Assembly: GCF_006345805.1 (NCBI RefSeq)
Contig: NC_043006.1
Span: 66,774,001 to 66,838,000, forward strand
Reading direction: 5' to 3'
Source: Octopus sinensis
Lineage: Eukaryota
Length of the DNA stretch: 64,000 bases
Part shown: one piece after another, positions 29,256 to 43,054 of the stretch
Layout of the letters: every line of letters begins with the position of its first letter
Position numbering within the stretch: the first letter of the stretch is position 1
The notes under the pieces: generated by a model
The model's database searches: none
What the model was told of the DNA's origin: nothing
The model's input: only the letters and a program-made list of their open reading frames with translations
Translations under genes and position numbers: made by a program

Positions 29256-29739
29256 TATACATTATATATATACATATATATATATATATATACATATATC
29301 ATTACATATATGTATTACATAGTCACAAAAACTTATACACAGACACACTCAGACATGCACACAAAGGAAACAGAGGTACGCACACACATGCAATCCCACC
29401 CACACACGCATACATACGCACACTTACAAGCATTCATGCATGCATACATACATGCGTATGCGCACGCACACTGACCCACACACATGTGCACACACAATCA
29501 AAAAGGACGCAGCCCGGATAACGAACAGAGTCAACGACTATTGAAAATGTTGCAAGACCCAACGAAAATTTTAGGGAAAAAATTAGTAAACGAGTAGAAA
29601 CTTTACCGGTGCGTGTGTTAACTGATAAGGTACTAAAAGAAAATGACTGTCCCCAGACACAACAATATATATATAACTTTTGGAAACATTAAATGAAACG
29701 TTTTTTGAAAAGAATATCTGCATAGTATTCAAATACAAG

Positions 29740-30045
29740 TGGAGGCGCAATGGCCCAGTGGTTAGGGCAGCGAACTCGCGGTCGGAGGATCGCGGTTTCG
29801 ATTCCCAGACCGGGTGTTGTGTGTGTTTATTGAGCGAAAACACCTAAAGCTCCACGAGGCTCCGGCAGGGGATGGTGGCGACCCCTGTTGTACTCTTTCG
29901 CCACAACTTTCTCTCACTCTTTCTTCCTGTTTCTTGAGTAACGCTGCAATGGACTGGAGTCCCGTCCAGCTGGGGGGAATACATACGCCATAGAAACCGG
30001 GAAACCGGGCCCATGAGCCTGGCTAGGCTTGAAAAGGGGGGGCAT
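29740..30045 (+). mobile_element. tRNA-derived SINE family B
   Basis: GGAGGCGCAATGGCCCAGTGGTTAGGG...GGTTTCGATTCCC, then TTGAGCGAAAACACCTAAAGCTCCACGAGG. Other copies: 3063-3365(-), 3870-4175, 14328-14590(+), 17685-17943(-), 35400-35790(+), 36353-36870(+, three heads). Confidence 0.85.
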
Positions 30046-30169
30046 AAAAAAATTCAAATACAAAGGGCATTTTCCTTGTTTCTGCTTGTCTCTGTATGTA
30101 TTTATTCTTTTATATGTTTCAGTCCAAAGACTGTGGCCATGCTGGAGCACCGCCATTGTGATCATCTTT

Positions 30170-30670
30170 CCACTTTCCACCTTTGTCGGAGCGGCTTTTG
30201 GTGAAGGATGGAGTTCGATGCTACTGCCCTCTTTTGAGTTTCTTGCTTAGATATTGGCTCATCCGGGATCTCGGCGAGCCAGAGGTCAAGTTCACATTTG
30301 AAAACTTCTACATCCACTCCATGGAGGCTCTTCAGATGCTTCGGCAGACATTTAAACAGCTGTGGGTCCTTGAAACCCAAGCTATTGCCGTACATCGTCC
30401 TTGCCCGAGATGAAGTAGTCGGCACAATGGAGACAGCACAGTAGGGACAGCATAGTGACGTCAGGTTCGTGGTCTGGTATAGTTCTCTATTCCAAAGTTT
30501 GGTATCAGTCCTTCCAGTATCTTCCATAATTATATATCACTGCATACCTCTCCCGTCTTCGTTGCAGGGCATAGCTCTTTCAATCTGTTCCAGTAGCTCA
30601 GTCGTTCCATTGATGCAATTTTCTTTGTTGGACTGCTTCGAGTTCTGCTATCCTCCTTGTAGTATAAGGT
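30170..30670 (-). mobile_element. CR1-type LINE 3' fragment
   Basis: IAELEAVQ, LQRRRERY, WKILEGL and NSLGFKDPQLFKCLP...FKCELDLWLAEIPDEP...SNSILHQ. Confidence 0.85.
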
Positions 30671-32038
30671 GGTATGTATGTATGTATGTATGTATGTATG
30701 TATGTATGTTATGTCAGGTCACTTTCGAGTGTTACTGGTAACATGTAACCCAGTTCAACCTGTTGCGTGGTCGGGTCGTCGGCGACTAAACCGGCAACCC
30801 CACCAAGCTTGCTTGGTGAGGAGTGTGTTTATAGGACACTCTGCGGGATGAAAAACAAAACCCGTCAAAAGGCGGAGGAACTCTTGAGAATCAACGGCCA
30901 TCCAATAAATGTGTATTTTTTTCTTAAGGCTGTATCATGCGCGGGGACATAGAAATAATCGGACTGAATACCCGATCGCGCGGTTAAACCATTGGGAGCG
31001 AAGGACTCCTAGCCTTTGTTAGGATATCCTTCTAGGAGAAGATAACTCAGGTAACTGGAATAACTTCGACATAAAACCTGCGGCTCAGTGGTTACCGATG
31101 ATGTCGACTTGTTCTTCTTTTCGGATTATGGCTGCTGTTGCTTAGTGAGTGGGATTGACTCAGTGCACAGCCTTTCCTCACTTAAAAAAAAATCTTCTTG
31201 CACAGGCATTGCACGATAACAACATTGTTTATGATTGTTGATGGTTCAGTGAGTCTCAACTGAATGGCTGGCTGTAGCCTTAAAAAGCAAATAAAGTCAC
31301 GTTCGATCACAGCACCAATAACAGTTGAGCTTCGTGTAATGGCCACACTCGATAACGAGGGGGCAGCCATCCTGTATGTATGTATGTATGTATGTATGTA
31401 TGTATGTATGAATGGCATATGGTTTATTTAAGATAGGATTATATTTAAGACGGTAATATGTTTTTAACGAGTATTTTGACTACCATGTTTAGCACGTCAC
31501 ACGACCAGGTAGCCGTTCTGTCGTTCGTTAATTATTATTGTTGACATTGTTGCAAAGTTGAATGGCAGCTGTTGTTGTTATTGTTGTTGTTTCACTGGTC
31601 TCCTTCAACATTTGTCTGTTAACAATATCCATTGTTATGTCCATCTTTTTAGCAACATACTTAAAAAGCAGAAACAAAAACAACCAGGACAACCAAAGGC
31701 GAACAATTAACAGCAGCGTTATTTGATTTGTTATTTCTCTGTGTGTTTGTGTTTTTGTTGTTGTTTTAATAGTTTCTTTTGTTTTTGTTTCTAAAAGGAA
31801 AAAAACAGAAACAGAGAATTGTGGAAAAGCTTGACTTTTTTATTTTATTGCCAACAACAAATACGACAACAGATGCAATAGCATTTACTGATAATTGTAA
31901 TTGATATTACGAACAATAAATGCACAAACAACGACACAAACGGCGACAACAATGAAAATGCTATCCTTGTTGATTCCATCATGAGGAACATCGACATCAG
32001 CATTGTCATCTGCTCATCATCCGCGTTGTCATCACTGA

Positions 32039-32515
32039 AGGTGGCGAGCTGGCAGAGTCGTCAGCACACCGGGGAAAAACGCTTAACGGTATTTCGTCTG
32101 ACGCTACGTTCTGAGTTCAAATTCCGCCGAGGTCGACTTTGCCTTTCATCCTTTCGGGGTCGATTAAATAAGTACCAGTTACGCACTGGAGTCGATGTAA
32201 TCGACTTAATACCTATGTCTGTTCTTGTTTGTCTCCTCTATGTTTAGCTCCTTGTGGATAATAAAAAAATAGGTATTTCGTCTGACGCTACGCTCTGAGT
32301 TCAAATTCCGCCGAGGTCGACTTTGCCTTTCATCCTCTCGGGATCGATAAATTAAGTACCAGTTATGCACTGGGGTCGATATAATCGACTTAATCCGTTT
32401 GTATTTCCTTGATGTCTTCTCTGTGTTTAGCCCCTTGTGGGTAGTAAAGAAATAGGTATTTCGTCTGCCTTCACGTTCTGCGTTCAAATTCTGCCGAGGT
32501 TGACTTCGCGTTTCA
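32039..32515 (+). mobile_element. tRNA-derived SINE family A, three tandem partial units
   Basis: Head GGCGAGCTGGCAGA, B-box GAGTTCAAATTCC, body GGTCGACTTTGCCTTTCATCC. Other copies: 4842-5192(-), 5461-5670(+), 10700-10830(+), 11478-11580(-), 12557-12950(+), 33786-33990(+), 42495-42698(-). Confidence 0.85.
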
Positions 32516-32681
32516 TCTGTTTGGAGTTGAATAACATAACTATAGGCGCCAGGAGTGGCTGTGTGGTAACTAGCTTGCCTACCAAACATATGGTACCTGT
32601 CTTATTGCGTGGCACCTTGGGTAAGTGTCGACCAAAACCTTGTAAGTGGATTAGGTAGACGGAAACTGAAAGAAGCCCATC

Positions 32682-32713
<32 letters not shown>

Positions 32714-33129
32714 GTGTGTTTCCCTCTAAATTGCTCGACAATCGATGCTAGTGTGTTCACGTCCCCGTAACATAATCTGTTCTGCAAAAAGTAACCGATA
32801 GAATAAGTGCTAGGCATACAAACAATAAGTCGATTTGCTCGACTAAAGGCCGTGCTCCAACATGGTCGCAGTTAAATGACTGAAACAAGTAAAGGAACAA
32901 AATACTAAATGTACATGTTTCGATTTTAATCGACATACAAACTACCATGAAATTGCAGGCCTTGTGTCAAAAATTGAAATCAATATTTTCATCACTGTGG
33001 AAGTTTCGAGACTACATTACAAAAAACTTGCCCATGGTGCCACGCAGTGAGACTGAAAGCAGAACCATGTGGCTTGGAATTAGACTTCTTACTACAAAGT
33101 CATGCGTGATCCAAATATCCGCCATCTTT

Positions 33130-33620
33130 TTACTTTTAATCAAGATGGTTTTATGTATTTCGTTTATGTCGATCAACTGGTGTCGCACCTGAGAAGAGTA
33201 AAACTGTCAATCGAGTCTATAATTAAGATTGTTCAGCCGTCTTCCCTGAATAGGGAAGAGCAGGCTTGTTTCCTCTGTGTCGTAGATATCGCAAAGGAGG
33301 TAGTATGGACGACGAGAGTGAAAGGGGTCATGGCAGGCACTTTAATCCCAGTCTTGGGTTGGTGAACTTTTTCCTTTTCCATACGAAAAGGAAAATAAGG
33401 ATGAAGAGGAGATGCCTGCCGCACGGAATATTTCGAAAAAGATGGACGACTGTAACAAGAGTGTTGAGAGTAAATGAACCTGTTTGAGCGAGAAATCAAA
33501 GAGCCAACCAAAGGATTCGGTGTTGGAATGTGGTTTGTGGGGGTCAGCCACGTTCCTCACTTCATAATTATTTTTTCATTCATTTTTGTTTTTCATCCGA
33601 ATTTTATATTTATTTATCAT
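33130..33620 (+). mobile_element. Tx1/L1-clade LINE 3' fragment
   Basis: FLCVVDIAKEVVWTTRVKG and LVNFFLFHTKRKIRMKRRCL...IFRKRW resemble the C terminus of Tx1-type ORF2. Confidence 0.5.
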
Positions 33621-34432
33621 CGATTATATGTCGCCATTGTTGTTGCTTTTGACTGTAGTGGTAAGGATATCTGACTCGAGATCGTAAAGGTTGTGAAATC
33701 GATTCCCGGTAGCGCCTTCTGTCTTCTTCATCTGCGGTTCATTTTATTGTTAAACAGTTATTGACGTTATATTTATACTATTCGTTAGGCAGCGAGCTGG
33801 TAGGAACGTTAGCACGCTGGGCAAAATGCTTAGCGGTATCTCGTCTGTGTTTATGTTCTGAGTTCAAATTCAGCCGAAGTCGACTTTGCATTTTGGGTTC
33901 GATAAATTAAGTACCTGTTGCATATTGGTTCAATCTAATCCACTGGCTCCTCCCCCAAAAATTTCGGGTCGTGTTCCTAGAGTAGAAAGGATTTATATCA
34001 ATCGTTTACTTCTTTTAGTCATTGCACTGTGGTCATGCTGGAACACCACTATCAAGGGTTTAGTCCAACAAATCGACCCTTGTACTTATTTTTTCATTAA
34101 GCCTGGAACTTATTCTATTGATAAATTATGTCGAGCCGCTAAGTCACAGGGCTGTGAACAAGTTAACACCAGCTGTGAAGCGGCGACGAGGAACAAAAAC
34201 AAACATACAGACATACACATATCAATATATATATATATGGGCACAGGAGTGGCTGTGTGGTAAGAAGCTTGCTTTCCAACTACATGGTTCTAGGTTCAGT
34301 CTCACTGCGTGGTACCTTGGGCAAGTGTCTTCTATGACATCGGGCCGACTAAAGCCTTGTGAGTGGAGTTGGTAGACGGAAACTGAATGAAGCCAGTCGT
34401 ATATATGTATATATATATATATGTGTGTGTTT

Positions 34433-34471
<39 letters not shown>

Positions 34472-34619
34472 CGTGTGTGTGTGTGTATGTGTGTGTGTGT
34501 GTGAATATGTTTTAAGAACCATTTAAGCCCTGAGGTCGATGTCATCGACTTCCTCCTTACCCGAACTTGCTGTCTTTGTATCAAAACTTGAAACCATTCT
34601 TCTTCTTCTTCTTCTTCTT

Positions 34620-34706
<87 letters not shown>

Positions 34707-36088
34707 GCCTCAAGTTGGTATCAATTGTTTCAGATGTTTAGAATATCTCAAATCGCCTCTAGCTGTGTGTAATTACAAAAACAAAGTATTTCTAGGTCTT
34801 CATGAATAGCATAGACATGTGTATACTTACATATAAGGCAACCGATATCAAAAGATCAAACAACTGCAACATAATATAGTCCGAATACTCGACAAAAGCA
34901 AGAGGAAGTCAAGATAAAGAAATTTTACAACACTCCTAAAGGCTTATAAACTCTCGCTAGTAGCTAATTTTTAACAGCTGCAGTTGAATTGCTGCAGTGA
35001 ACAGTTCGCAGGAGTGCGACGAAAATTTTACTAAAGATAAACGAAGAGCTCTTACATGACAGTATAAGACTATTTAGCGCTGATGCTTAGACAGCCTGTC
35101 TAACATGTTTTACTGGACGTTCAGCCATTTTAAAAAAGAAAGTTCCAGTGATACATACACATATACATGCATGCATGTATATATTTATGTATGTATGTCA
35201 TTATTCAGTTTATTTCAAGATTTCTTGCCAGTAAAAAAGAAGCGGTTTCTAACCTAGATCCAAGGTTCCTTCATTGGAATTTTAACATCAAAACAGAGTA
35301 TTTGTTTTTTGTATGTATGTATGTATGTATGTATGTATGTATGTATGTATGTATGTATGTATGCATGCATGTATGTATGCATGTATGCATGTATGTACGT
35401 AGGCGGCGCACTGACCCAGTGGCTAGAGCAGCGGGCTCGCTGTCGTAGGATCGCGGTTTCGATTCCCAGACCGGGCTTTGTGAGTGTTTATTGAGCGAAA
35501 ACATCTAATGCTCAACGAGGCTCTGGGAGCAGGTAGTGGCGAACCCTGCTGTACTCTCTCCCCACAACTTTCTCTCTCTCTCTTTCTCCCTGTTTCAGTT
35601 GTACCTGTATTTCAAAGGGCCATAATTGTCACACTGTCACGCTGAATCTCCCCGAGAACTACGTTAAGGGCACACGTGTCTGTGGAGTGCTCAACCAGTT
35701 GCACATTGATTTCACGAGCAGGCTGTTCTGTTGATCGGATCAACTGGAACCTGGTCGTCGTATCCGACAGACTTCCACGATGTATGAATGTATGTATGTA
35801 TGTGTGTATGTATGTATGTATGTATGTATGGGACAAGAACAGCTATAACGACCGCAGTATCAGTAATAATAACAGCGAGAATAACAACAAAATACAACAT
35901 TAAAGATAATTAAAAACGAAGCCGATGGCTAAGACACAAGCACACACACACACACACGTACAAACAAACAAACAAACAAAAAATGGAATTTTAAATCAAC
36001 AATTTAGACGTTCACAATGACAAAAGAATGCAAATTTGAAGTGTAACAAATGTTTTAAACAAACATCAATAGCAACAACAACAGCAAC

Positions 36089-36134
<46 letters not shown>

Positions 36135-36263
36135 GCGCGCGAGAACAAAATGTGACATTGAAAGAACAATGGCATAACCTGTGATAATACTAATTGGGAA
36201 AGTGAAATATAAATTATAGTCTGTTAAGGTATTTTATTAATTTCATTGTACATGTGTTTTATG

Positions 36264-36297
<34 letters not shown>

Positions 36298-36869
36298 GTG
36301 TGTGTGTGTGTGTATTTTTGTGTGTAAATAAGTATGCTTGTGAACGTGTGCGTGGAGGCGCAATGGCCGAGTGGTTAGCGTAGCCTACTCGTATCCGTAG
36401 GATCGTGGTTTCGATTCCCAGATCGGCCGAACCCTGCTGTACTCCTTCTCCACAGCTTTTTCTCATTCTTTCTTCATGTGTGTGCGTGTATGTGTTAGTG
36501 CGTGTGTGGACATGAGAGTGTTTTTTTTTTTGCGTATGTATGCTTGCGAACGTGTGCGTGGAGGCGCAATGGCCGAGTGGTTAGGGCAGCGGACTCGCGG
36601 TTTCGATTCCCAGACCGGACGCACCCAGACCGGGCGCACAACTTTTTCTCATTCTTTCTTCCTGTGTGTGTTTGTGCGTGTGTGAACGTGTGTGTGGGAG
36701 TGTATTTTTTGTCCGTGAGTAAGTATGCTTGTGAACGAGTGCGTGGAGGCTCAATGACCGAGTGGTTAGGGTAGCGGACTCGCGGTCATAGGATGGCGGT
36801 TTCGATTTCCAGACCGGGCGAACTCTGTTGAATTCCTTCTCCACAACTTTCTCTCACTCTTTCTCCTTG

Positions 36870-39130
36870 TACGTGTGAGTGTGTGTGTTGTATGTGAGTG
36901 TGTGGTGTGTGTGTCAACGGGTGTGTGTGTATGAGGGCGTTTTTGTGTGTATGCATGCTTGCGAATGTATGTGGGGGTGTATGTGTGTGAGTGTGTGTGT
37001 GGAAATGTGTGTGAAAATGTGCGTGAGTATGTACACTTGCGAACGTGCGTGGCTGTGTGTGTGTGTAAGTGTGTGAGTTTGTATGTGTGTCAGTGTGTGA
37101 GTGTGTGTATGAACGTGTGTTAAGGTACGTGTGAGTGTATGAACGTGTATTAATGTACATGTGTGTGTATGTGAGTGTATGTTGAACGCGTGTTAAATTT
37201 GGTGCATACGTATGTGTGTGTGTGTAAAATTATGTGTGTGCATGAGTGTGTATGTGTGTGTGAATATGTGATAAGTTATATACGTGTGTATGTGAGGGTG
37301 TATGTGTGTAAACATGTGTTAACTCGTGTACATATGTACGTTTGTGTGAATGTGAGTAAAACTATGTTTATGTATGTGAACGTATGTATGTGAATGTGTG
37401 TTAACGTACGTGTGTGTATATATGTGTGTATGTGGGTGTGTGCGTGAATGTACATGTGTGTATGCGTGTGTGTGTGTGTGCAAAGATATGTTAAACGCGT
37501 TTTTAGATATGTTGTATGTGCACGTAAGTGTACATGTGTGTAAAATTAAGTGTGCAGGAGCGTGGAAACCTGTATGTGTGAACGTGTATGTATGTGAAGG
37601 CATAGGTGATAGTTTATGTGTATCTATATGAATGTGTGTTTGCGTGTTTGTGAGAACAAGAGAGAGAGAGAGTGTGTGTGTGTGTGTGTGTGTATGTGTG
37701 TGTGTGTGCGTGTGTGCGTGTATGTGAATTCGTGTTAACATGCGTGCCAAATAGAAGAAATGGGGATAGACGCGTGCCCAGAGTTGTACGTACGTAAATA
37801 CGTGCGCACACGCATGTGTGTGTGCGTATTTGTAACTGTGTACGTATGTATGTATGTATGTATGTATGTATGTATGTATGTATGTATGTATGTATGTATG
37901 GTTGTATGTATGTATGTATGTATGGTTGTATGTATGTATGTATGTATGTATGTATGGTTGTATGTATGTATGTATGTATGTTGGTTGTATGTATGTATGT
38001 ATGTATGTATGTATGGTTGTATGTATGTATGTATGTATGTATGTATGTATGGTTGTATGTATGTATGTATGTATGTATGTATGTATGTATGTATGGTTGT
38101 ATGTATGGTTGTATGTATGTATGTATGTATGTGTGTGTGTATGCATGTATGTATGTATGTATGTATGTATGGTTGTATGTATGTATGTATGTATGTATGT
38201 ATGCATGTAAATGTGTGTGTGTGTGTGTATGTGAGTGCGTGCATATTTGTTTTATTGTGGAAGCTGTGAAAGTTGATCAGACACAGGTGTTCCAGAATCG
38301 ACGACGACCATCGTCTTGTGTTTCTCGTCCTACTTATCGAATAATTGCAGATTTACACTGTTTTTACTTCCCAGCCATTCAATCTGCGATCGTCATAGTC
38401 GTCATCATCATCCTCATTGACGTCGTCGACGTTGTCTTCCTCATCCTCAACATCTTTATTGACGTATTTGCCTCATTAGCATCATCATTATCGTCATGGT
38501 CGTCGTTAGCATCAACATCGTTAGCATCGTCTTTGTCGTTGTCATTGTCAACATCGTCATCATCGTCGCTATCGTCATCATTGTCAAGATCATTATTGTC
38601 GTCGCTATCACATTATCCTCATTCTTGTCGTCACCTTCATTTTTATTTTCGTCGTCATTGTCAACATATTTGTCATCGTTTTGGTCGCCGTCATCGATTG
38701 AATCACTATTGCCGTCGCTGTCATCATCATCATCATCATCATCATTATCGTCATCATCATTGCCATAATCACCATCGTCATTATCATTGCTGTTGTCGTC
38801 CTTTTCGCCATCGTCAACTTCAACATCGTCGTGGTAGTCGTCGTCATCATCGTTATTATCTTCCTCGGCATCGTCTTTGTTATCATCATCATTGTCGTTG
38901 TCATCATCATTGTCATCGTTGTCCCCCACACCGTCATCGTAAACATCATCGACGGTGTGATTGTCATCATTTTCAGTATCATCGTCGCCCTTCGTCGTCT
39001 GCATCATCTTCCTCATCATCATCTTCTTTATCGCTATCGTCACCTTTAACATCATCACCAACAGCAACAACCACAACACCAAAAACACCAATAATGAGAA
39101 TAACCATGATAACAGCAACATTACCAAAAG
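36870..39130. repeat. Compound (TG)n/(TATG)n/(CAT,CGT)n low-complexity region
   Basis: Directly visible simple repeats. Confidence 0.9.
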
Positions 39131-39189
39131 CATATATTTATAAGGAAAATTGCTGATAAAGAAACAATTATCTTCAGCACTTCATTAGC

Positions 39190-39960
39190 TTACAGTTGTT
39201 TCCACTATAGACACGGTGGTCTTATAGTTAAGTCCATGAGTAATATCTTATAGCTTCATTTCCTCTGCTACTTCACTTGATGATGAGATTAATGTCAGGA
39301 TAGAGAAGGCAGCAACTTTTGGAAGGTTGACAAAACGAGTATGGAAGAACAAGAGATTAGACATCAAGACAAGATCAGGATTTATGAAGCATGTGTTCTC
39401 AGCACACTCCTCTGTGGATCTGAAACATGGACTTTTCCATCTCTGATGCCTCCGCAAGATCTTAGCCCTAACATGGCGCGACAAGGTCACCAATGTTGAA
39501 GTGCTGGCGCAGGCGAATCTTCAGAGTATGACAGCTGTCTTGTGTATGAGAAAACTGAGGTGGCTGGGGCATGTCAGGAGAATGGATGACCATCGAATCC
39601 CGAACCAACTGCTCTATAGCGGACTGGCCCATGGCAAGAGACCAAGAGGAAGACCAAAACAGATGTATAAGGACACTTTCAAAACTAGTTTGTTCAAGTG
39701 TGACGTGGATGTCAGCACCTGAGAAGAAAGGGCTGAGGACAGAACAGCATGGGGGACTGTGGTGAAGGAAGGAACTGCTTCGCTAGAGAGCAGCTACAGA
39801 AACAAATAAGTTGAGAAGCGTCAGCGGCGAAAGGAAAACAACAGAAATGCAGAGTGCTGAGCCACCCTTTTGGCATGCAAGTACTGTGACAGAAGCTGAG
39901 CTTCAATCATAAGAAGTCATGAAAGAAGCTACAAGAAAAGCCCCTGATATGTTCGATTAA
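39190..39960 (+). mobile_element. RTE-clade LINE 3' fragment
   Basis: EINVRIEKAA, WRDKVTNVEVL and LRWLGHVRRMDDHRIPNQLLY...KRPRGRPK. Confidence 0.9.
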
Positions 39961-40282
39961 GTGACCTCTAAGATAAATTGACCGTCTGCATAGACGAAAA
40001 GGGCCAATTGTTATATATTGATATATATATATAAATACCTCTTAGCTAACTTGGTTATGAAATCCCTTTATAGAATTTAAAAAGAGATTATTTTATTTTA
40101 TATTTATGCAACATAATATTGTTTATAAACGTTCTCCCACTGAGCCCATAATGTTTTCCCTGGATCTCATTATAGCATCCTAAGTTTCGTAGATTTTGTC
40201 CGTTTAGCTGGTAACAACATCGTGAATTAATGTCAAGAGTACCCTACTTCTTTTGTAGACATTTACTAGTATCTTGTGAAGG

Positions 40283-40612
40283 TGGATGGCTCAGTGGTTA
40301 GAGCATCGAGCTTAGAATCGTGAGGTAGTGAGTTCGAATCCCGGACCGGGCTACGTGTTGTGTACTTGAGCAAGACACTTTATTTCACGTTGCTCCAGTT
40401 CAATCAGCTGTAGAAATGAGTTGCGACGTCACAGGTACCAAGCTGTATCGATCTTTGCCTTTCCCTTGGATAACATCGGTGGCGTGGAGAGGGGAGGCCA
40501 GTATGCATGGGCGACTGCTGGTCTTTCATAAACAACCTTGCCCGGACTTGTACCTGGGAGGGTAACTTTCTAGGTGCAATCCCATGGTCATTTATGACCG
40601 AAGGGGGTCTCA
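40283..40612 (+). mobile_element. tRNA-derived SINE family E
   Basis: GGATGGCTCAGTGGTTAGAGC...GAGTTCGAATCCC and CTTGAGCAAGACACTT. The same tail is at 63905-64000(-) and a degenerate piece at 24330-24425(-). Confidence 0.8.
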
Positions 40613-41145
40613 GCAACTACTATCTAATTCAATCTTTCTAAAGTCTTATTTGTTTTTTCTTCTGGATGGAGGTGTACCTGAGACAGTCTGAAATGTATGG
40701 CCAACAGCCAGCTATGATCTGTCGATTCACTTTGCTCTTTATTCTGAAAATACACAGTCTTCTAGTCTTAGATTTTTGTTGATGATAAGGAGATAGATAA
40801 ATTGGAACAGAACCTCCACTGTGTCCCATCCCACTCTAAAACTTGTCGTATGTTATTCACTTGGCTATTCTTGTTAATAGTGACAACAGGAATTTCTTTC
40901 ATCCTTTTGCTCTGTTAAATTTTTTAAGAACAATTATATTAATATATCTGATCTGTTGAAAATCCTTATTTGCACAACTGAAGATAGCGTTATTATTTTA
41001 AGTTGATGCGATGATTACATTATTCAATTAAATAAATCCACTTGAAACGGTCGTACTGTATTACTACTTGAAATCCTGTTACTTATTTTGATTTTATTCA
41101 CATTACTCCGAACTGTGCGGATGATACCGGACTGACTTGGTGCTT

Positions 41146-41176
<31 letters not shown>

Positions 41177-42368
41177 GTGGTCTGCGTGCTTATTTATATA
41201 TGTGTGTGTTTCTGTGTGTGTGTGTGTGTGTGAATGCGCGTGGCCAATTGGCTAAGCTACTGCACTATCAATCGCTAGATTGTAGGTTCGATTCCCTGAC
41301 TGTACGGTGCACTGTGTTCTTGAGTAAAATACTATGTATGTATACACACGCGCGTGCATAGCTAAGATTCTGTCGTTGTCGGGTAATTTGAACAATAAAA
41401 TGTCTTACCGGGCTTTTGGAATTGCACATTCTCATAAGTTGGATTTTCGGTTTTGACGAGCATGTTTCAATTTTTTTCACCAACTCACTGTAAGGAAGCA
41501 GTTATGGGAGAAATAATTTGAAAATGTATGAATCTCACCTTCCTGACCGATTTTATCCATTTTCCTCCATTTTTTTTTTATTTCTGCATAACACATTTAG
41601 AAACAATGACAGACGTCTTTCAGTAAAAAAGAAAAAAAGAAAATTGAAAATTTAGCAAATTTTCTCACCCTGCTCAACCACTCACTACCGATTTCGGCCA
41701 TTTAATTTTAATTTCTTTTTTCTGCACTACGCACTTAAAAACGATAGAAGCCTTGAAGTTTAGAAAGAAAAGAAATGAAATTTGGAATTCCGAGTTCACC
41801 ATTATAATCACCACTTCTTTATTTTTAAACAGAAATTGAAACGTAATTTAAATACAATATTGGAATCTTTAACAATTTTTCAGTAATTCCACCTCTTCAT
41901 AAATCCCCAAATTTCGCATTCTTTCCGAATTTAATTTTAATCATAGTTTTAAAATATGGACAGTTCGAATCTGCAATTTCATTCTGGTTATAATTTCAAA
42001 ATAATTTTCATACAAAAAGGAGTGTGATTTAAGGGAGATTTAGCTGTTGTTTCTCGCACATCCCACGGCCTACCCTGTTTCTTTGTCTCTCCCCCCTCTC
42101 TCTCTCTCTCTGATATGTGTTGACGGTTTTCAATATTTTACTCCCTGTAAACATATGTTATGGAATAATGATGCGATGGACCATTGCTGGAATTTAAGCA
42201 GCAAGCAAAGAAAACAACAAAAATTGTAATTTAAATTTTTAACTCCACTCTGCATAGAGCATGTCCGTCCGTGTGAGCGTGCGCGTGTATTTGTATAAGA
42301 AAAAAACATATTTACAAAGATAAAAGTACGCTATTGACCCCAGTTAGACAGGAAGTGGTACTGATCGG

Positions 42369-42452
42369 ATCGAAACACTGTGTGAGCAGTGCAATGTCTT
42401 TCTCTGTGAGACACCGTGTTTTCAAATATACTACACTGAAAAGAAACTGTAA
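42369..42452 (+). mobile_element. piggyBac transposase C-terminal Cys-rich domain remnant
   Basis: IETLCEQCNVFLCETPCFQIYYTEKKL* fits the C-x2-C-x-V-x-LC-x3-CF-x2-YH pattern. Confidence 0.6.
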
Positions 42453-43054
42453 ATACACGGCAAAACCCCTTGTATGAGAAATTCTTTTCTACTTAAGGCA
42501 CAAGGCCCGGAATTTTGGGGGAGGGAGCCAGTCGATTAGATTGACCCCACTTCGCAACTGGTACTTAATTTATCGACCCCGAAAGGATAAAAGGCAAAGT
42601 CGACCTCGGCTGAATTTGAACTCAGAACGTAAACACACACAAAATACCGCTAAGCACTTCGCCAGGCGCGCTAACGTTTCTGCCAGCTCACCGCCTTTCC
42701 TTTATTAAAATTATGTAGATACTGAACGGCTTAATATCAGTGAACAGCACAAGGTGTCAGTACTAAATCCCTCTGCTAAGGATTAAAATAAATTATCTTT
42801 TATAGGCGCAGGAATGGCTGTGTGGTAAGTAGCTTGCTTACGAACCACATGGTTATGGATTGAGTCCCACTGCGTGTCACCTTGGGCAAGTATCTTCTAC
42901 TGACAGCGGTGGTGCCCCAGCATGGCCGCGGCCTTCGGGCTAAGACATTTTCAAGGATTTAAGGATTTATATAGCATCGGGCCGACCAAAGCCTTGTGAG
43001 TGGATTTGGTAGACGGAAACTTAAAGAAGCCCGTAGTATATATGTATATATATA

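Noticed and set aside
32039-32515. CRISPR-like repeat/spacer appearance
   Set aside because: The units are long SINE pieces in a eukaryotic context, with no cas genes and no constant short repeat.
37319-39156. Long ORFs (446, 295, 225 aa)
   Set aside because: Entirely simple-repeat derived (YVCM, HTYI, poly-D/H).
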